From the NCBI GenBank assembly GCA_004297215.1, contig SCUM01000001.1, positions 289,181 through 353,180 of the forward strand: 64,000 nucleotides of DNA, given 5' to 3'. Source of the stretch: Patescibacteria group bacterium (GTDB taxonomy: Bacteria > Patescibacteriota > Patescibacteriia > UBA9934 > GWF2-40-263). The first letter of the stretch is position 1. Every line of letters begins with the position of its first letter. Made by a program: the position numbers and the translations under genes. This document shows, piece after piece, positions 27,942 to 38,399 of this stretch. Below the pieces are notes generated by a model. It was not told the DNA's origin and ran no database searches. It saw only the letters and a list, made by a program, of their open reading frames with translations.

Positions 27942-29339
27942 ATGCCTATGAAACGACTCGCCGCCGCCGCCTTCGTCCTGTCCGCGTTCCTCCCCGCCCT
28001 GCCGGCCGCAGCCGGCGAGTGCTGGTCCGAGCCCTATCACGAGGCGTCCGGCTCGGCCACGATCCGCTCGGCCGTGTTCATGCACGACGGCCCATGCCAG
28101 GAAAACACCTCGGTGCTCGCCACGGCCCCCACGGGCGCCAGCGTGAACGTGCTCGCGGAGGACCACGAGTGGTACCTCATCCGGCTGGACAACGGGGCAA
28201 CCGGCTGGGTGTGGCACACCTTCCTCAACCTCGGGGCGATTTCCCTGTCCGACTCCGACCGCGCCACCGTGGAATCCAAGTTCCCGCCCACCGGCGCCAC
28301 CGTCTCGGCCCCCGCCCCAACCACCTCAACAACCTCAACCACCTCAACCACCTCGTCCTCCTCCCTGCTCTCCCGCGTCACCGGCCACATCCTCCTGCAG
28401 GTGGAACAGCACGGCGAGGCCTGGTACGTGGACCCGCTCACGAGCGCCCGCTACTACATGAAGGACGGCCCCACGGCATATGAGATGATGCGCACCTTCG
28501 GGCTGGGAGTCACCGAAGGCGACTACGCGAAGATCGCCACCGGAAATGCCGATCTCAAGTCGCGTCTCAAGGGACGCATCGTGCTGCGCGTGCAACTCCA
28601 CGGCGAGGCGTATTACCTCCATCCCGATGGGTCGGTCTATTACCTGAAGGACGGCCCGGCCGCCTACGAGGTGATGCGCGCGCACTCGCTCGGGATCACC
28701 GACGCGGATCTCGCAAAGATCGCGTCGAAGACGCTCATCCTGAAACCCGTTTCCGCCTCAACCTCGACTTCAACCCCCTCAAGCTCCTCTAGCTCCTCAA
28801 GCTCCTTCTCCACGATCCGCATCTCCGACTCCCAGGAAGGGACGATCCCGTCGAACATCGACGTCATCGATCTCAACCGATACTGGATTTCGAAGATCAA
28901 CGCGCTGCGCGCGGAACGCGGGTTGAGACAGCTCGCGCTCGACCAGCGGTTCGTGGACACCGCAAGCGAATGGGCCGGCTACATGGGCGTGAACGACGAT
29001 CTCACGCACGAGCGCCCGGACGGCAAGACCATGCACCAGTGGATCGACGCCAAGGGCCTCGACTTCACGGAGCGTTATTCGCTCCCCGACGGGTGGACCA
29101 GCAACTACTTCACCGAGAACATCTCCTGGGATTTCACGGACGACTCGATGGACGGGGCGCGACAGGCGCTCGACAACACCCTCGCCTTCTATCTCGGAGA
29201 AGCGGCGAGCAACGGCCCGCACTACCGCACCGTCTACCACCCCGATTGGAACGCGGTGGGCGTCGGATTCCATTTCGCGCCCACGGACGACGGGTACAAG
29301 ATGGTGATGGCGTTCCACTACGGGAGCCTGGAACGCTAG
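27942..29339 (+). CDS. Secreted protein with an SH3b-like domain, two ~50-aa repeats and a C-terminal CAP/SCP/PR1-like domain
   Basis: Signal peptide MPMKRLAAAAFVLSAFLPALPAAAG. GWVWHTFL is SH3b-like. Duplicated motif G(H/R)I(L/V)LQV(E/Q)(Q/L)HGEAWY...YY(M/L)KDGPxAYE(M/V)MR. CAP-like C-terminus (GHYTQVVW-type region around HYRTVYHPDWNAVGVG). Confidence 0.6.
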   Translation: MPMKRLAAAAFVLSAFLPALPAAAGECWSEPYHEASGSATIRSAVFMHDGPCQENTSVLATAPTGASVNVLAEDHEWYLIRLDNGATGWVWHTFLNLGAISLSDSDRATVESKFPPTGATVSAPAPTTSTTSTTSTTSSSSLLSRVTGHILLQVEQHGEAWYVDPLTSARYYMKDGPTAYEMMRTFGLGVTEGDYAKIATGNADLKSRLKGRIVLRVQLHGEAYYLHPDGSVYYLKDGPAAYEVMRAHSLGITDADLAKIASKTLILKPVSASTSTSTPSSSSSSSSSFSTIRISDSQEGTIPSNIDVIDLNRYWISKINALRAERGLRQLALDQRFVDTASEWAGYMGVNDDLTHERPDGKTMHQWIDAKGLDFTERYSLPDGWTSNYFTENISWDFTDDSMDGARQALDNTLAFYLGEAASNGPHYRTVYHPDWNAVGVGFHFAPTDDGYKMVMAFHYGSLER

Positions 29340-29341
29340 GC

Positions 29342-29370
29342 TTGACATGCGGCGGAAATCCGCCTACAGT
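29342..29370 (+). promoter_or_regulatory. Sigma70-type promoter TTGACA-N17-TACAGT
   Basis: The spacer contains the small hairpin GCGGCGGAAATCCGCC. Confidence 0.5.
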
Positions 29371-29429
29371 GCGAGGCCCTTGTCGATCGTGACAGGGGCG
29401 AACGCCAGGACAAGAGACAGGAGCACCAA

Positions 29430-30203
29430 GTGAACAGTACGATCCTCGGCTTCCAGGACCAGCGCAGGACGCGATACCGTTGTACGGACCAACCGCCGCC
29501 TGACTTGAAACAGGTGTGCAAGGCGATCGCCAAGGCCGTGCGCCCCAAGCGGGGCGAACTCCTCTCGATTTCCAAGAGCGAGATCAAGAGCCGGGCGAAA
29601 AGCGCCTCGGGGACGTACGACGAACCCGGACCGCAGGACGACCTGTTCCGATTCCTCGACAACAACCACGTGATCGTCGAGGCGAACGGGAGCAGGACGG
29701 AGTTCTACTACGACGCCGACCAGGCGGAAGCCGTCCTGCGATGCTGCCGGGACGGCCGCCTGCCCCCGACTCCCGCCGGCACCGTCGAGGAACGCATCGC
29801 GCTCTTGCGCGAGCGGGCCATGGACCGGCACGCGAACGCCGATGACTCATGCGAGTCTTCCGCGCTCGAGCCCGAGTACGCCCAGCCTTCCGTGCCGCTC
29901 CCCGCGGCGCCCGCGCCCCCTCCCGCCCCGCGCGAGGTGACGGCCGCCCTCTTCACCGACGCGCAGCTGGACGCCATGGACCCCGAGACGCTCGTGCGCG
30001 CGCTCACCGACGTCGACCGGGCCATGAAGCCGCTCCAAACGCTGTCCGCCGCGATCAAGGCGCGCATCGACGCCGCGCGCCGCGCCTTCGAGGACGAGGC
30101 CCGCCGCGAGGAGGCGCAGGCGAAGGCCAAGGAGGAAGAAGCCGCCCTGCACGCCCGCAAGGCCGCGGCCGCGCGGGAGTGGCTCAAGAAGCACTTGGGA
30201 TGA
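29430..30203 (+). CDS. Hypothetical protein (257 aa)
   Basis: GTG start with an AGGAG SD. Its stop overlaps the next gene's ATG (ATGA). Confidence 0.5.
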   Translation: MNSTILGFQDQRRTRYRCTDQPPPDLKQVCKAIAKAVRPKRGELLSISKSEIKSRAKSASGTYDEPGPQDDLFRFLDNNHVIVEANGSRTEFYYDADQAEAVLRCCRDGRLPPTPAGTVEERIALLRERAMDRHANADDSCESSALEPEYAQPSVPLPAAPAPPPAPREVTAALFTDAQLDAMDPETLVRALTDVDRAMKPLQTLSAAIKARIDAARRAFEDEARREEAQAKAKEEEAALHARKAAAAREWLKKHLG

Positions 30204-30643
30204 ACGCACACGAGGAGGATCACAACGTGCCAGACAACCTGATAAGCCCGTCGAACATCGTGGAGCACATCGAGGCGCACGCCAACGGACAGTCCGATTC
30301 CTGCGAAGGCGCCCCGGTGCCGGAACGCCGGAAATACGAATTCGAGGTGTTCCCTCCCAGGGACATGATGGAGATGCCCGAGGAGGAGTTCGCCGCCTAC
30401 TTCGTGCGCATGGCGTCCATGGCGGAGATCATCGACGAGATCATCGTCTCGGGCAAAGTGCTGCGCACCAGCCGCCAAAACGAGCTGCAGCGCAAGATTG
30501 CGGAAGCCGAGGAGAAGACGATGAAGGACGCGGAAGAGGCCGAACGCCTGCAGAAGGAGTTCCAGGCAAAGCGCGAGGCCGCCACCCTCAACGCCAAGGG
30601 CGTCGAGGCCTTGCGAGAGAAGCTCGCGAAGCTCAACGGCTGA
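30200..30643 (+). CDS. Hypothetical acidic coiled-coil protein (147 aa)
   Basis: Translationally coupled to the upstream gene. C-terminal heptads in AEAEEKTMKDAEEAERLQKEFQAKREAA. Confidence 0.5.
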   Translation: MNAHEEDHNVPDNLISPSNIVEHIEAHANGQSDSCEGAPVPERRKYEFEVFPPRDMMEMPEEEFAAYFVRMASMAEIIDEIIVSGKVLRTSRQNELQRKIAEAEEKTMKDAEEAERLQKEFQAKREAATLNAKGVEALREKLAKLNG

Positions 30644-30672
30644 AGGCGGAACGCCAAACGGACGTCCACGCC

Positions 30673-30702
30673 ACGCCCCGGTCCTCGGGGCGTTTTCTTT
30701 TT
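30673..30702 (+). terminator. Rho-independent terminator
   Basis: ACGCCCCG-GTCCT-CGGGGCGT followed by TTTCTTTTT. Confidence 0.65.
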
Positions 30703-30777
30703 CCACAGCCCGACAACCTTGACGCTTCGCGCTCGCGCAGGCATACTTGCGGCTCCCTGCTCTTTTCGGAGGAAACC

Positions 30778-31218
30778 ATGACACGGAAAACGGACCGCTT
30801 CTCCTTGTACCTGGCGCTGTTCGCTACAGACGGCATCGCCACGGGGCTCGCCCTCTCCTATTTGCCCGCGGGCGCGGCGCTCACGCTCGCGATCTTCGCG
30901 GTCCAGGTCGTTCTGCTCGTTCTGCTCGTGCGTGACGTGAAGCAGTCCGACCCCGGAACCTATCCGTCCATGGTCCGGGTCGCGATCGCGGAGGAACCCG
31001 AGCGTACGGATCCGGGCATCCAGGCCCCGGTTTCCGATCTCCCGACCGACCCGGATGCCATGCCGGTGCCGACCCGGGAGCCGGCCGGTCCGGAGCGCGT
31101 CGATGCGCTTACCGCCTTCCTGATGGCGATGGACAAGCCCAAGCCGTCGGCGGAGGAGCTCGACGCCTTCCCGCTCGACCGCGAGTTCCCGACCGATCGG
31201 AACGCCCTCAACGCCTGA
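30778..31218 (+). CDS. Hypothetical membrane protein (146 aa)
   Basis: GGAGGAAACC-ATG. Two hydrophobic helices, then a Pro/Asp-rich tail. Confidence 0.45.
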   Translation: MTRKTDRFSLYLALFATDGIATGLALSYLPAGAALTLAIFAVQVVLLVLLVRDVKQSDPGTYPSMVRVAIAEEPERTDPGIQAPVSDLPTDPDAMPVPTREPAGPERVDALTAFLMAMDKPKPSAEELDAFPLDREFPTDRNALNA

Positions 31219-31250
31219 CCGCGACGGACCTCGTCACGGCCCTCACCAAA

Positions 31251-31277
31251 GCCTGACGCTCGCGTCAGGCTTTTTTC
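31251..31277 (+). terminator. Rho-independent terminator
   Basis: GCCTGACG-CTCG-CGTCAGGC followed by TTTTTT. Confidence 0.65.
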
Positions 31278-31281
31278 TGAC

Positions 31282-31310
31282 AAAAAAACAGGTGCCTAGG
31301 CGGCACCTGT
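31282..31310 (-). terminator. Rho-independent terminator (for plsC; overlaps its stop)
   Basis: On the minus strand, ACAGGTGCC-GCCTA-GGCACCTGT followed by TTTTTTT. Confidence 0.6.
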
Positions 31311-32075
31311 GAGATCCTTTCGCATGCGTTCCCATTCCTCGTCGAGCCAGGCCCTGGCCTGTGCTTCGGCGACCGGCTCGTGGACCCGGACCGTCACCGT
31401 GACCGTGCGGCCAAACAGCGATGCTCCGTCGAGCATGGTGCGCCCCCCTTCCGGCGGCCGGTCCCAGGCGAACGTGACGGACACGACCGGACAGTGCGGC
31501 ATGTTGCGCACGGCGGCCATGAACCCGCCGGCCTTGGGCGGGAGCACCTGCCCAAGCGGCGCGCGCGTCCCTTCCGGGAACAGGGCGAAGGACGCCCCTT
31601 CGCCCGCGGCCGCGGCCGCGGCGGCTTCCACGGCGCGGATGTCGCTCGCATGCCCGCCGCGTCGCACCCAGGCAAAGCCCGACGCGCGGAACATCGGTCC
31701 CCAGCCCCAGGCGCGCTTCATCGCATCCTTCGCGATCCAACGCACGTTGTCGATCCCGAGGCGCTCGAGCAGCCCCGGGAGCACGAGCGGCTCGATGAGA
31801 GAGTGCTGGTGGTTGGAAACCACGATGCACGGCCCGGAGCGCAACGGGACGACCTGCGCGGCGGTCGGGAACCGGTAGGTGACCTTGAGACGCATGAAGG
31901 AACGCAAGACGAGCATGAGCGCGGAACCCCAGAGGGACCGCCAGCGCGACAGGCGCAGGCGCAGGGCCGGACCCGGACGTTCGTCGAAGAGGATGAACGA
32001 CCCATGGGCCACGCTTGCGGCCCACACGAGCGTGCCGACGCACAGGCAAACGAAGAACAGGGCGCGGATCCGCAT
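31296..32075 (-). CDS. plsC: 1-acyl-sn-glycerol-3-phosphate acyltransferase (LPLAT family)
   Basis: NHQHSLIEP (HX4D-type motif I) and FPEGTR (motif III), with an N-terminal TM segment; 259 aa. Confidence 0.75.
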   Translation of the reverse strand: MRIRALFFVCLCVGTLVWAASVAHGSFILFDERPGPALRLRLSRWRSLWGSALMLVLRSFMRLKVTYRFPTAAQVVPLRSGPCIVVSNHQHSLIEPLVLPGLLERLGIDNVRWIAKDAMKRAWGWGPMFRASGFAWVRRGGHASDIRAVEAAAAAAAGEGASFALFPEGTRAPLGQVLPPKAGGFMAAVRNMPHCPVVSVTFAWDRPPEGGRTMLDGASLFGRTVTVTVRVHEPVAEAQARAWLDEEWERMRKDLTGAA

Positions 32076-32121
32076 GGGATCTCCTTCCTGCCGTGAGGCA
32101 TCGGCACGGTAGCACCGACGG

Positions 32122-32150
32122 TTGACAAAATCAACGGATTCCCGTATCTT
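32122..32150 (+). promoter_or_regulatory. Sigma70-type promoter TTGACA-N17-TATCTT for the helicase gene
   Basis: -35 at 32122-32127 and -10 at 32145-32150. Confidence 0.45.
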
Positions 32151-32207
32151 ACCGGCAACGTTACCCGTCTTAAGGCGGGAAGGACTCGACCCTCGGAGTG
32201 CGGAAAG

Positions 32208-32247
32208 CGCGACTCGATGGATGCCGAGTCGCGTTTATCTTTTTTTT
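32208..32247 (+). terminator. Intrinsic-terminator-like hairpin plus U-tract inside the helicase 5' leader (possible attenuator)
   Basis: GCGCGACTCG-ATGGATGC-CGAGTCGCG followed by TTTATCTTTTTTTT, ending 8 nt before the helicase ATG. Confidence 0.5.
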
Positions 32248-32254
32248 GAGGACT

Positions 32255-33736
<1,482 letters not shown>

Positions 33737-33740
33737 TGGG

Positions 33741-33884
33741 GAAAACTTGAAGAACCAAAACTTGAAGGACCAGAGGAGACGTGAAAGGTTGAAGAACGAA
33801 AGGACGAAGTTCAAACTTCGTCCTTTCTTCTTTCTTCCTTTCGGGCGACCTTTGGTCCTTCAAGTTTTGGTTCTTCAAGTTTTT
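33741..33884. repeat. Nested palindrome between convergent genes: 31-bp inverted repeat of an AAAACTTGAAG-containing arm, flanking an inner terminator hairpin
   Basis: Left arm AAACTTGAAGAACCAAAACTTGAAGGACCAG (33743-33773). Right arm TGGTCCTTCAAGTTTTGGTTCTTCAAGTTTT (33853-33883). Inner hairpin AGGACGAAGTT-CAAA-CTTCGTCCT followed by a T-rich run. Confidence 0.6.
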
Positions 33885-33889
33885 TCGCT

Positions 33890-36800
33890 TCATGGTTGCC
33901 GCTTGCGTCGGACCGGACCCTTCGCGGTCGGGAGCTCGAACCAGAACAGGCTGCCCTTCCCCTCCGTCGACAAGAACCCGATGCTCCCCCCGTGCTGCTC
34001 CACGAAATACTTGGCGATGGAAAGCCCGAGCCCCGAGGCGTTTGGCAGCATGGAGGAGGCGTTGCTCGCGCGGTAGAACCGGGTGAAGATGCGCGACTGT
34101 TCCGCCTCCGGGATGCCGATGCCCTCGTCCTCGACTTCGAACCGGACGCGGTTCCCGACCGCGGAAAGGCGCACGGCGACGCGTCCGCCTTTCTTGGAGT
34201 ACGCGATCGCGTTCTCCATGAGCTTCCCCGCGGCCTCCCGGATCTTCTCCGGATCCGCCTCCACGGCCTCGGCGGCCTCCTTGGCGGCCTCGTACGAGCA
34301 ATCGATGCCCTTCGCCCGGCAGCGCGGCTTCCATTCGGTAAGCACGCTGGACACGACGCTCGTGAGCGACAGGCGCTCGCGCGCGAAGGTCACGCGCCCC
34401 TCCTCGATGTCGGTGGCCACGAGCAGGTCGCCGATGCGGCGGATCACCTCGACCTCCGCGCCGTGCGTGATCTCCAGGAGCTGCCGCTGCCGCGCATGCA
34501 GCTTCCCCGCGCGTCCCTCCATGAGCGCCTCGAGGTTCCATCGCACCGCGTTGAGCGGCGTGCGCAGCTGGTGGGCGACGATGCGGATGAAGCTGTTCTT
34601 GAGCTCGTTCAACTCGCGGAGCTTCTCCTCGGAACGGAACCGCTCCGTGACGTCGCGGAAGATCCCCAGGTTGCGGTTGCCGCCCAGGTTGATGATGCGC
34701 ACGTCGGCGATCAGCTCGGTGCCGTCCTTGCGCATGACCGAGGCGTCCATGCCGTTGCGCCCCTCGCGGATGAGGGTGAGCAGGAAGGCGAGCTTCTCCT
34801 CCTCGGTAAGCCGGTGGTCCATGAGGTCGCGCAGCGACATCCCGCGCAATTCCTCCTCGTCGTAGCCGAGCATCGAGCGGGCGGCGGGGTTGGCGTCCAC
34901 GATGCGCCCGTTGTCCGCCATCACGAACACCCCGTCGATGGACTGCTCGATGTAGGAGCGGTACCGCTTCTCGCTCTCCGTGAGCCGTTCCTGCGTCTGC
35001 CGCTCTTCCGTGACATCGAACGCCATGCCCCCCACAAGCCGCACGCCCGCGTCGTTTATGATGGGGAACTTCATCACCTGGAAGGTACGGGGCTTGCCGG
35101 CGATCGTCACCTGCTCGACCGCGTTGAACGGCGCTCCGCTCTCCAGCACCTTCCGGTCGCCTTGCAGCGATGTCTCCGCGACCTTCTTCCCCAGGAGCTT
35201 CGCGACCGTGCGTCCCTGGATTTCCTTCCATGGGCGTCCAAGCGTGCGCCGCAGCGCGGCGTTGCCGTACACGTAGCGCCCGGCGGCGTCCGTCATCCAT
35301 GCGGGGGACGGGTGCATGTCCATGAACAGCTGGAACCGTTGCCGCGCGCGGTCGAGCGCGGTCTCGGCGTGCGCGCGCGCCGCCTTGTTGAGGGAGAAGG
35401 CGTACCCGACCGCGATGTCGTCGGCAAGCTCCTCGAACAGCTTCAGGTCCTCCGCGTGGAACGCGGCGGCGGCCTCCGAGGCGAGGATGAACGCCCCGAA
35501 CGGCTTGCCGTCCATCTTGAGCGGGAAGGCGGCGAGCGACGCGGCTCCGGCGAGGACGAGCTCCGGCGGGAATCCGGAGGCCCGGCCTCCCTCATGCGCG
35601 AGCACGCTTACGCCCTCGCGAAGCGCGCGCGCGACCGGATGCGCCGCGGCGGCCTTCCCCGGCGGGAGCAAGACGGAAGAAGCGACGTCGATGCCGGCGG
35701 CGGCGGCCACGCGCGGCGCGCGGCGCGGCGGCGCGACCACGATCCACGCGCCCAGGAACCCGGCGACGTCCACGCCCACGCGGCACGCCTCCTCGAAGAG
35801 GTCCTGCACGTCCTGCATGCGGAACAGCGCGCGGTTCACGCGCGCCGCCATCTCGCGCCGGCGCGCGAGCTGTTGGATGAGCCGGTCGCGCTCCGTCAGC
35901 CCGTTGACATGGCCTTCCATCGCCTTGGCGGTCGCGTTGAACGCCTCGGCGAGCGCGCGCATCTCGTTGTGCGCCTTCGGCACGTCCAGGCGCGCGCGAT
36001 ACTCCCCGCCTCGCAGGCGGGAAAACCCGTCCGCGAGGGCGCGGATGGGGTCGATGAGCAGGCGGCGGAACGCGTAGAGGGAGAGCGCGAGCGCGGCGAG
36101 GCCGAGCGCGGCGAGCAAGAGGAACGCGAAGGAGAACCTCCGATCGATGTCCGCGAGCACCCTCTCTTCGTCTATGCCGACCGAGGCGTACAGCCGCGCG
36201 TCGTGGGTCTCGCCGACCGGGGCGAACTGGAACGTCCTGCGCTTCCCGTCGAGTCCGGTCGCGCGCACCGACCCCCGCTCCCCGCCCAGCATGGCCTGCG
36301 CGAGCGCCGTCGCGGACGCGTCCATGCCCATGTAGCGCTCCGGCTCCGGGTACCGCGTCACGACCGTGCCGCCGCGGTCCACCTCGAGGAACGCCATCCC
36401 GTCGGGCAGCCCGATGTCGGCGGCCAGCTCGTTGAGCCAATCGAGGTCGAGCGCGATGAACACGACCTGCCGCACGTCCCCCGACGCGTCAAGCACCGGG
36501 TAGGCGGCGTTCAGGGCCCGGCGTCCCGTGATGCGACCGACTTGATAGGAGCCGACGGCGAACCGCTTCGTGGCCACGGCCTGCTTGAACCAATCCCGGT
36601 CCGCGGAACTCGTTTTCTCGACAAGCGGGAGCGCGCTGCAGGTGATGATGCCGTCCGCGCCGACCACCCCGATGTTGGCGAAATTCGGGGTCTCGGTCCT
36701 GATACGGGCCAACGCCAGGCCGCAGGCGGCCGGGTCGTCGCCTGTGACCGTGGAATCCTGGGCGAGCGTGAACAGGTTCTGCCGCGTGGAATCCAACAGG

Positions 36801-37003
36801 GCGTCCTGCTGCGCGACGAACGCCGTCAACAGCCGGCGGGACTGCCCGTGCACGGCCTCGATGCGGTGGGAGCGCTCCGATAACCCGATGCCGACCATGA
36901 TGGCCGCGGCCGGGAGGAATACGATAAGCAGCGCCAACACCGCCCGGGCGCGCAGGGATGCGAATCGCAAAAAACGCGAATGGCGGTGCTCCTCCTTTGG
37001 CAT
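33890..37003 (-). CDS. Large sensor histidine kinase: periplasmic sensor domain, HAMP, GAF, two PAS, HisKA and HATPase_c
   Basis: Start MPKEEH at 37003 (AGGAGGA SD). HisKA H-box RIVAHQLRTPLNAV. G2 box GLGLSIAKYFVEQHGGSI. No receiver domain. Confidence 0.8.
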   Translation of the reverse strand: MPKEEHRHSRFLRFASLRARAVLALLIVFLPAAAIMVGIGLSERSHRIEAVHGQSRRLLTAFVAQQDALLDSTRQNLFTLAQDSTVTGDDPAACGLALARIRTETPNFANIGVVGADGIITCSALPLVEKTSSADRDWFKQAVATKRFAVGSYQVGRITGRRALNAAYPVLDASGDVRQVVFIALDLDWLNELAADIGLPDGMAFLEVDRGGTVVTRYPEPERYMGMDASATALAQAMLGGERGSVRATGLDGKRRTFQFAPVGETHDARLYASVGIDEERVLADIDRRFSFAFLLLAALGLAALALSLYAFRRLLIDPIRALADGFSRLRGGEYRARLDVPKAHNEMRALAEAFNATAKAMEGHVNGLTERDRLIQQLARRREMAARVNRALFRMQDVQDLFEEACRVGVDVAGFLGAWIVVAPPRRAPRVAAAAGIDVASSVLLPPGKAAAAHPVARALREGVSVLAHEGGRASGFPPELVLAGAASLAAFPLKMDGKPFGAFILASEAAAAFHAEDLKLFEELADDIAVGYAFSLNKAARAHAETALDRARQRFQLFMDMHPSPAWMTDAAGRYVYGNAALRRTLGRPWKEIQGRTVAKLLGKKVAETSLQGDRKVLESGAPFNAVEQVTIAGKPRTFQVMKFPIINDAGVRLVGGMAFDVTEERQTQERLTESEKRYRSYIEQSIDGVFVMADNGRIVDANPAARSMLGYDEEELRGMSLRDLMDHRLTEEEKLAFLLTLIREGRNGMDASVMRKDGTELIADVRIINLGGNRNLGIFRDVTERFRSEEKLRELNELKNSFIRIVAHQLRTPLNAVRWNLEALMEGRAGKLHARQRQLLEITHGAEVEVIRRIGDLLVATDIEEGRVTFARERLSLTSVVSSVLTEWKPRCRAKGIDCSYEAAKEAAEAVEADPEKIREAAGKLMENAIAYSKKGGRVAVRLSAVGNRVRFEVEDEGIGIPEAEQSRIFTRFYRASNASSMLPNASGLGLSIAKYFVEQHGGSIGFLSTEGKGSLFWFELPTAKGPVRRKRQP

Positions 37004-37175
37004 GGCTTCAAGTATACCGCATCCCGCGTCCGGGTTCATATCGCGGTGCACACCGCCCGTCGGAAGGAGCGGGCCTACTGCAACCTCCTCCCCTCGGGTA
37101 TACTTGTGGATAACCGACCTGCCTAAGCAGGTCGTCCCAAGGCCGAAGGCCGAAGGATCCTAACCATCGCTTCGT

Positions 37176-37361
37176 ATGTGCGGAGGCTCGTGCGCGTGCG
37201 CCCATCACAAGGTGGGCCCCTTGCTCATCGCCCTGATCGGGCTCCTGTTCCTGCTCAAGACGCTGGGCGTCGTGGGCGCGGCCACCGTGGACCTGGCCTG
37301 GCCGGTGGCGCTCATCGTGATCGGGCTCATGAAGAGCGGGATGTGCAAGTGCTGTAAATGA
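37176..37361 (+). CDS. Small Cys-rich membrane protein (61 aa; N-terminal CGGSCAC, C-terminal CKCCK)
   Basis: ORF flanked by short direct repeats (GGCCGAA...GAAGGATCC on both sides) and followed by a terminator. No clear SD. Confidence 0.3.
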   Translation: MCGGSCACAHHKVGPLLIALIGLLFLLKTLGVVGAATVDLAWPVALIVIGLMKSGMCKCCK

Positions 37362-37434
37362 TTTCGGCCCTAGGCCGAAATCATCCTGAAGCCCATCAGG
37401 GCTGAAGGATCCCGTGAATCGTTTGAATCGAAAG

Positions 37435-37464
37435 ACCGGCCACGCGGCCGGTCTTCGTTTTCTC
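37435..37464 (+). terminator. Rho-independent terminator
   Basis: AGACCGGCC-ACGC-GGCCGGTCT followed by TCGTTTTCT. Confidence 0.6.
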
Positions 37465-37473
37465 GCCGTAAAT

Positions 37474-37869
37474 TCACGCCTTGATCCGAAACCACTCCGA
37501 AACGGTCTTGGGCCAGCCGTATGCCTGCAACAGCGCGAGCGGGGCTCCCCAGTTGGCAAAACGCTCGACGAAGTCCCACACGGGCTCGCCCACGAGCGGG
37601 CGCACGAGCGCGGTCCAGAACCCCCAGATCGCCGCCCACAGGAGCACCGCGCGCGGGACGCCCCGCCACAAAAGCACGGCGGCGGCGACCGCGATGTCCG
37701 ACCATCCGACGAGGGTGAGCAGCGTCGTCGCCGTCGGGGCATTGACCGAAAGGATCTCCTGGATCCAGCCGATCCACTGCGCCTTCCCCTGGACAGCGAA
37801 GACGCCGTGTCCAAGGAATTCGCCGGCGACGGCGATGCGCAGCACCCACTCGAATGTCTTGTTGTTCAT
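37474..37869 (-). CDS. Hypothetical 4-TM membrane protein (DoxX-like size and topology)
   Basis: Start MNNKTFEW at 37869; 131 aa. Last gene of the signalling operon. Confidence 0.45.
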   Translation of the reverse strand: MNNKTFEWVLRIAVAGEFLGHGVFAVQGKAQWIGWIQEILSVNAPTATTLLTLVGWSDIAVAAAVLLWRGVPRAVLLWAAIWGFWTALVRPLVGEPVWDFVERFANWGAPLALLQAYGWPKTVSEWFRIKA

Positions 37870-37910
37870 ACCTTCGTATTGATGATGAGTGAAGTCAGGA
37901 CGGCGTGATT

Positions 37911-38390
37911 TCATCCGTCGGGCGGCTTTGACGGGTTTTCCGGCTCGGCGCGGTCAGGAAACGACGGATCTCCGGGAATCATGAGCGAGAGGCAGGCGGC
38001 GTATCCCTTGTCCATCACGAGGATGTGGGTGGAAAGCCACGACCCTGCGTACTCCGCGATTTCCCTGGCGAACCGGCGGCGGTCATGGACCGTCCCGCGG
38101 ATCTGCGCGATGCGGCGCATCACCTCCTCGCGGAACGAGTTGTGGACGGCCACATGCTTCGCGCCATTCCCGCATTCGGGCAGGAGCAGGTGACGCTCCT
38201 CGGTGGCCAGGTGGAAGTAGGCGTAGTTGGCGAGCGCCATCACGTGCTCCTCCAGGATCTCCGGCGTGGCGTCATCCAGGCCGGCCGTGTCGATGAGCCG
38301 GTTGGCGAGGTCGAAGAACCGCCGATGCTGGCCGTCGATCAGGTCGTTTCCCAGAGCGTACTCGTCCTTCCAGGCGAAATGCTGTCCCAT
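37911..38390 (-). CDS. Bacteriohemerythrin (hemerythrin HHE cation-binding domain)
   Basis: W.DEY..G...ID.QH..F....N N-terminal signature plus downstream His/Glu ligand positions (H..E...H, H....D); 159 aa. Confidence 0.7.
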   Translation of the reverse strand: MGQHFAWKDEYALGNDLIDGQHRRFFDLANRLIDTAGLDDATPEILEEHVMALANYAYFHLATEERHLLLPECGNGAKHVAVHNSFREEVMRRIAQIRGTVHDRRRFAREIAEYAGSWLSTHILVMDKGYAACLSLMIPGDPSFPDRAEPENPSKPPDG

Positions 38391-38399
38391 ACCGCGTGC

